A DNA stretch of 64,000 bases, from assembly GCA_051252135.1 (NCBI GenBank), contig JBPOGH010000011.1, positions 64,001 through 128,000 of the forward strand, read 5' to 3'. Of this stretch, positions 60,335 to 64,000 are shown in pieces. Source of the DNA: Verrucomicrobiaceae bacterium. Its GTDB lineage: Bacteria; Verrucomicrobiota; Verrucomicrobiia; Verrucomicrobiales; Akkermansiaceae. Position 1 is the first letter of the stretch; each line of letters starts with the position of its first letter. The notes below the pieces were generated by a model. It saw only the letters and a list, made by a program, of their open reading frames with translations, ran no database searches and had not been told where the DNA came from. The position numbers and the translations under genes were made by a program.

Positions 60335-60896
60335 CGAGCATCTCAATCGTCTTCTCAAAGAGCACTACAACACTCGCAAGATGCCCAATTCACAGGCTCG
60401 AAAGATTCTCGCCGAATGTGAGATCGCACGTACTGCCTATCGATGGCGCGTTCGGGCCATCGGAGCGTTTTCCCTTGCTGCGACTGCTCTGCTCGCCTTG
60501 GCCATCACTCTTTACGGAAACCACGCGAGCGATCCTTCCGTTGAGAGTCTCGCCCAAAGCCCACCTGATCCGGTCAACACGCATCAAAAACTGGTCGCGA
60601 TTATGATTCATGCCACCAACTGCCCCAACTCCCAGGCGATGGCACCGGTCTTTGCTGAACTTCAGGAAGAATTCGTGGATGAGTCCGTGCTCTTCATCAA
60701 ATTCGATTATAGCTCGGACTGCGCAAAGCATCAGGCCGAATTACTCAGCAAGGACCTCGGACTTGGACTCATCTTTGAAGATTACAAGCGAACCGGCGAC
60801 ATCATCCTGGTCTCCTCCCGGGGAGAAGTTCGCGGCGTCATGAACCGGGGCGTCACCATCGCTTCGGCGACCACTACTCTTCGCGCAAATCTTTAG
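60327..60896 (+). CDS. Putative anti-sigma factor: short cytoplasmic domain, one TM helix, extracytoplasmic thioredoxin-like domain with CxxS
   Basis: GGAG RBS and 8-nt overlap with the sigma gene; TM AIGAFSLAATALLALAITLY; LVAIMIHATNCPNSQAMAPVFAELQ...VLFIKFD. Confidence 0.78.
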   Translation: MNNEHLNRLLKEHYNTRKMPNSQARKILAECEIARTAYRWRVRAIGAFSLAATALLALAITLYGNHASDPSVESLAQSPPDPVNTHQKLVAIMIHATNCPNSQAMAPVFAELQEEFVDESVLFIKFDYSSDCAKHQAELLSKDLGLGLIFEDYKRTGDIILVSSRGEVRGVMNRGVTIASATTTLRANL

Positions 60897-61021
60897 CTCA
60901 CCCTCGACCAGCTTCCGAAGGGAGATATTTGAGAACGCAGCCGGAATCACCACTCATCCCATTTCTCCCGCAATCTCATTCCCATCCCCCTCCCTGAGCC
61001 ATAGCCTGCGCATGCCGCTCC

Positions 61022-63553
61022 ATGCCTGACCCCGCCTCACTCCCCATCTGGAAGATCCACGCTGATATCCTCCGCACCCTGGAATCAGGCAACCGCCTCG
61101 TCCTCGTCGCCCCCACCGGCTCGGGCAAAACCACCCAGGTCCCGCAGATGCTTCTCGATGCCGGAGTTGCCGCGGACAAAATGATCGTCGTCCTCCAACC
61201 CCGCCGCGTCGCCGCCCGCACCGTCGCCACCCGCGTCGCCTCGGAGCGAAAAGGCAAACTCGGAGCCGAGGTCGGCTACCAAATCCGATTCGACGACTCC
61301 ACCAGCGCCGACACCCGCATCGCCTTCGTCACCGAAGGCATCCTCCTCCGCTGGCTCCAGGACGACCGCTCCCTCGCCAAAGTCGGAGCCGTCGTCTTCG
61401 ATGAATTCCACGAGCGCAACCTCCTCAGCGATGTCGCCCTCGCTCTGGTCAAAAATCTCCAGCAATCCCAGCGCCCCGATCTGGCCATCCTCGTGATGTC
61501 CGCCACCCTCGATGCCGAGCCCATTGCCGAATACCTCGCTCCCTGCCCCACCCTCGTTTCCGAAGGACAAAGCTTCCCCGTCGAGGTCAACTACCTCCCC
61601 CTCCCCGATCAACGACAGTTCACTTTTCAGGCCGCTGATGCCGTCGAGCAAATCATCAACCATGGCGACCCCGGAGACATCCTCGTCTTCATGCCCGGGC
61701 GTGGCGAAATCAACGGCACCCTCGACGCCCTTCGCGGCCTCAGAACCGCAGAAGAAGTCGCCTGCATCCCCCTCCACGGCGCCCTCGAACCCAAAGAACA
61801 GGACCGCGCCTTCGCCCCCAACGCACTCCGAAAAGTCATCGTCGCCACCAACGTCGCCGAGACCAGCATCACCATCGATGGCATCCGCCACGTCGTCGAT
61901 AGCGGAGTCGCCCGCATCGCCCGTTACGATGCCGAACGCGGCATCGGCACCCTCCAACTCGAGCCCATCAGCCAAGCGAGCGCCGACCAACGCAAAGGCC
62001 GCGCCGGACGCACCGCCACCGGCACCTGCCATCGCCTCTGGACCGCGGTCGGACATTCCAGCCGCGATGAACGCAACACCCCCGAGATTCAGCGCAGCGA
62101 TCTCGCCGAGGTCGTCCTCCTCCTCCACTCACTCGGCATCCGGGAAGCCACCACCTTCGACTGGCTCGACAAACCCGACACCCAGGCCGTCGAGCGCGCC
62201 GAACGCCTCCTCACCATGCTCGGCGCTCTCGTCGATGCCGAACTCACCGACATCGGCCAACAAATGCTCCGCCTCCCCATGCACCCGCGCTACTCGCGCA
62301 TGCTCATCGAGGCCAGCCAGCGCCACTGCGTCCCCGATGCCGCCCTCTGCGCCGCCCTCGTCAGCGGCCGCGACCTCCTCGCCCGCCATCAGGATCAGGC
62401 CAGCCGCGAAATGTTCGAGGAGAGCGATGACTCCGATTTCATCACCCTCCTGCGCGCCTTCGACTTCGCCAAATCGACCCGCTTCAGCTTCGACCGCTGC
62501 CGCACCCACGGCATCAACGCCCAGGTAGCCCGTCAAGTCGACGAGACCTACAAACAAATCCTCCACACCGCCCACCAACAACGCCTCTACGATCGCGACA
62601 CAAAAACCGCGCCCTCAAAAAACGACGAAGACCTCCTCCGCTGCCTCATGGCCGGCTTCGTCGATCAACTCGCCAAACGCCGCGCCCCCGGAAACGACAC
62701 CTGCGACCTCACCGAACAACGGGAAGGAAAACTCGTCCGCGAAAGCGTCGTACAAGGTTCTCCGTACTTCGTCGCCGCCAACCTCCATCAGGTCCCCACC
62801 CGTGGCCCAATCCCACTCACCCTCCTCAGCCTCGCCACCGCCGTGAAGCCCGAGTGGATCGCTGAAATGTTTCCCCAGCATCTCACCACCACCGTCGAGC
62901 ACCTCTTCGATGCCAAAAACAAACGCGTCGCCGCCATGAAGCTCGTCCGCTTCCACGATCTCGTCATCGAGCAAAAGGCGCAGCAAAACGATCTCGATCC
63001 CGTCGATAGCGGCCGCTGCCTCGCCGAAGCCCAGCGCAACGGCGCCTTCCCCCTCCCGCTCATGGATCACCGCGTGAAGCAATTCATCGCCCGCGTCGAC
63101 CTCCTCCACGCCACCATGCCCGAGCTCGAGTTCGTCCCCTTCGATGACGCCGCCATCACCGCCTGCCTCGCCCGCGCTTTCAAAGGCCTCACCCTCGTCA
63201 AAGACGCCCAGGCCGCCCCCCTCCTCAACGCCTTCCACCGCCATTTGGAGGACGGCCAGGTCAGCTGGCTCAACGAACTCCTCCCGGCCTCCATGCCTTG
63301 GCTCGATAAAGGCACCACCAAACTCACCTACACCGACGGCACCCCCGAAGCCCAAGTCAAAATCCAGGAATGCTGGGCCCTCGAAGAACACCCCACCATC
63401 TGCGAAGGCCAACTCCCCGTCCTCCTCAAGCTCTGCGATCCCAACGGCAAAAAAATCGCCACCACCACCGACTGGCCCCGCTTCCTCCTCCGCGAATGGC
63501 GCAAGCACCGCCCCCTCCTCCAGAGAAAATTCCCCGGCCACGTCTGGCGATAG
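61022..63553 (+). CDS. hrpB: HrpB-like DEAH-box RNA helicase
   Basis: APTGSGKTTQVP, LQPRRVAAR, FDEFHER, MSAT, ATNVAETSITIDG, QRKGRAGR, HPRYSRML. Confidence 0.92.
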   Translation: MPDPASLPIWKIHADILRTLESGNRLVLVAPTGSGKTTQVPQMLLDAGVAADKMIVVLQPRRVAARTVATRVASERKGKLGAEVGYQIRFDDSTSADTRIAFVTEGILLRWLQDDRSLAKVGAVVFDEFHERNLLSDVALALVKNLQQSQRPDLAILVMSATLDAEPIAEYLAPCPTLVSEGQSFPVEVNYLPLPDQRQFTFQAADAVEQIINHGDPGDILVFMPGRGEINGTLDALRGLRTAEEVACIPLHGALEPKEQDRAFAPNALRKVIVATNVAETSITIDGIRHVVDSGVARIARYDAERGIGTLQLEPISQASADQRKGRAGRTATGTCHRLWTAVGHSSRDERNTPEIQRSDLAEVVLLLHSLGIREATTFDWLDKPDTQAVERAERLLTMLGALVDAELTDIGQQMLRLPMHPRYSRMLIEASQRHCVPDAALCAALVSGRDLLARHQDQASREMFEESDDSDFITLLRAFDFAKSTRFSFDRCRTHGINAQVARQVDETYKQILHTAHQQRLYDRDTKTAPSKNDEDLLRCLMAGFVDQLAKRRAPGNDTCDLTEQREGKLVRESVVQGSPYFVAANLHQVPTRGPIPLTLLSLATAVKPEWIAEMFPQHLTTTVEHLFDAKNKRVAAMKLVRFHDLVIEQKAQQNDLDPVDSGRCLAEAQRNGAFPLPLMDHRVKQFIARVDLLHATMPELEFVPFDDAAITACLARAFKGLTLVKDAQAAPLLNAFHRHLEDGQVSWLNELLPASMPWLDKGTTKLTYTDGTPEAQVKIQECWALEEHPTICEGQLPVLLKLCDPNGKKIATTTDWPRFLLREWRKHRPLLQRKFPGHVWR

Positions 63554-63598
63554 CACCAATCGACGATCAAAACACCATCGTCTCCACGTATTCAAAAA

Positions 63599-64000
63599 AT
63601 GACCCGGTCCCGCCGACTCCTCCCTCTCCTCCTCACCACCGCGATTTCCCCTCTCCTCGCCGACAAAACCCCGGAGAACGACCCAAACGTCATCTTCGCC
63701 ACCGGCTTCGAAAACGACGACTGGAGGAAGCACTGGGACGGAGGAAAACGCAAAACCGTCGCCGTCATCGATCAGGACCCCGCCCGAAAGTTCGCCCCCC
63801 TCCACGGCAAAGCCCTTTCCATCACCACCCCCAAGGGCCAACACTACGGAGCCAGCATCGAATTCCCCTTCAACAAAACCAAGGACGGCGAACCCACCGA
63901 GATCCACTTCCGCTACTACCTCCGCTTGGGCGACGACTGGAACCCCACCGACGGCGGCAAGTTCCCCGGCATCGGCGGCACCTACGGTAAAGCCGGCTGG
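63599..64000 (+). CDS. Exported polysaccharide-lyase-like (PL14-type jelly-roll) protein, partial
   Basis: Hand translation MTRSRRLLPLLLTTAISPLLADK...VIFATGFE...EIHFRYYLRLGDDW...GGKFPGIGG; runs off the right edge. Confidence 0.7.
   Translation, partial: MTRSRRLLPLLLTTAISPLLADKTPENDPNVIFATGFENDDWRKHWDGGKRKTVAVIDQDPARKFAPLHGKALSITTPKGQHYGASIEFPFNKTKDGEPTEIHFRYYLRLGDDWNPTDGGKFPGIGGTYGKAGW

Overview
Core-genome segment of a free-living Verrucomicrobiota bacterium, most likely Akkermansiaceae/Verrucomicrobiaceae-like. That call is inferred from a complete Amuc_1098-1102-type pilus/secretin cluster, a DUF1553/DUF1501 pair, sulfatases and an EF-hand protein. About 50 CDS are present. Housekeeping genes include rho, coaE, aroD, a DinG helicase, dxr, cdsA, clpB, murJ, rlpA, HU, mutY, rsmE, dnaJ, grpE, tsaD and hrpB. 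The window also has a BlaI/M56 pair, an eboD/eboF-like pair, ybbA/ybbP/tesA-like genes and polysaccharide-lyase-like genes. I saw no rRNA, tRNA, CRISPR array, integrase or transposase. Best candidate for an undescribed system: a ~1.8 kb module at 59.1-60.9 kb with an ECF sigma factor, a membrane anti-sigma carrying a CxxS thioredoxin-like domain, and a divergent exported rhodanese. Two back-to-back promoters with the same GGATCAAA-N13-CGTT motif link these genes. Other highlights: a membrane-anchored restriction-like PD-(D/E)XK protein with no methylase, a MurJ with a ~140-aa inserted loop domain, a Rho with a repeat-laden disordered N-terminus, and an extreme, patchy, orientation-independent C>>G strand skew. 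All family assignments come from motif recognition by eye; no database search was run.
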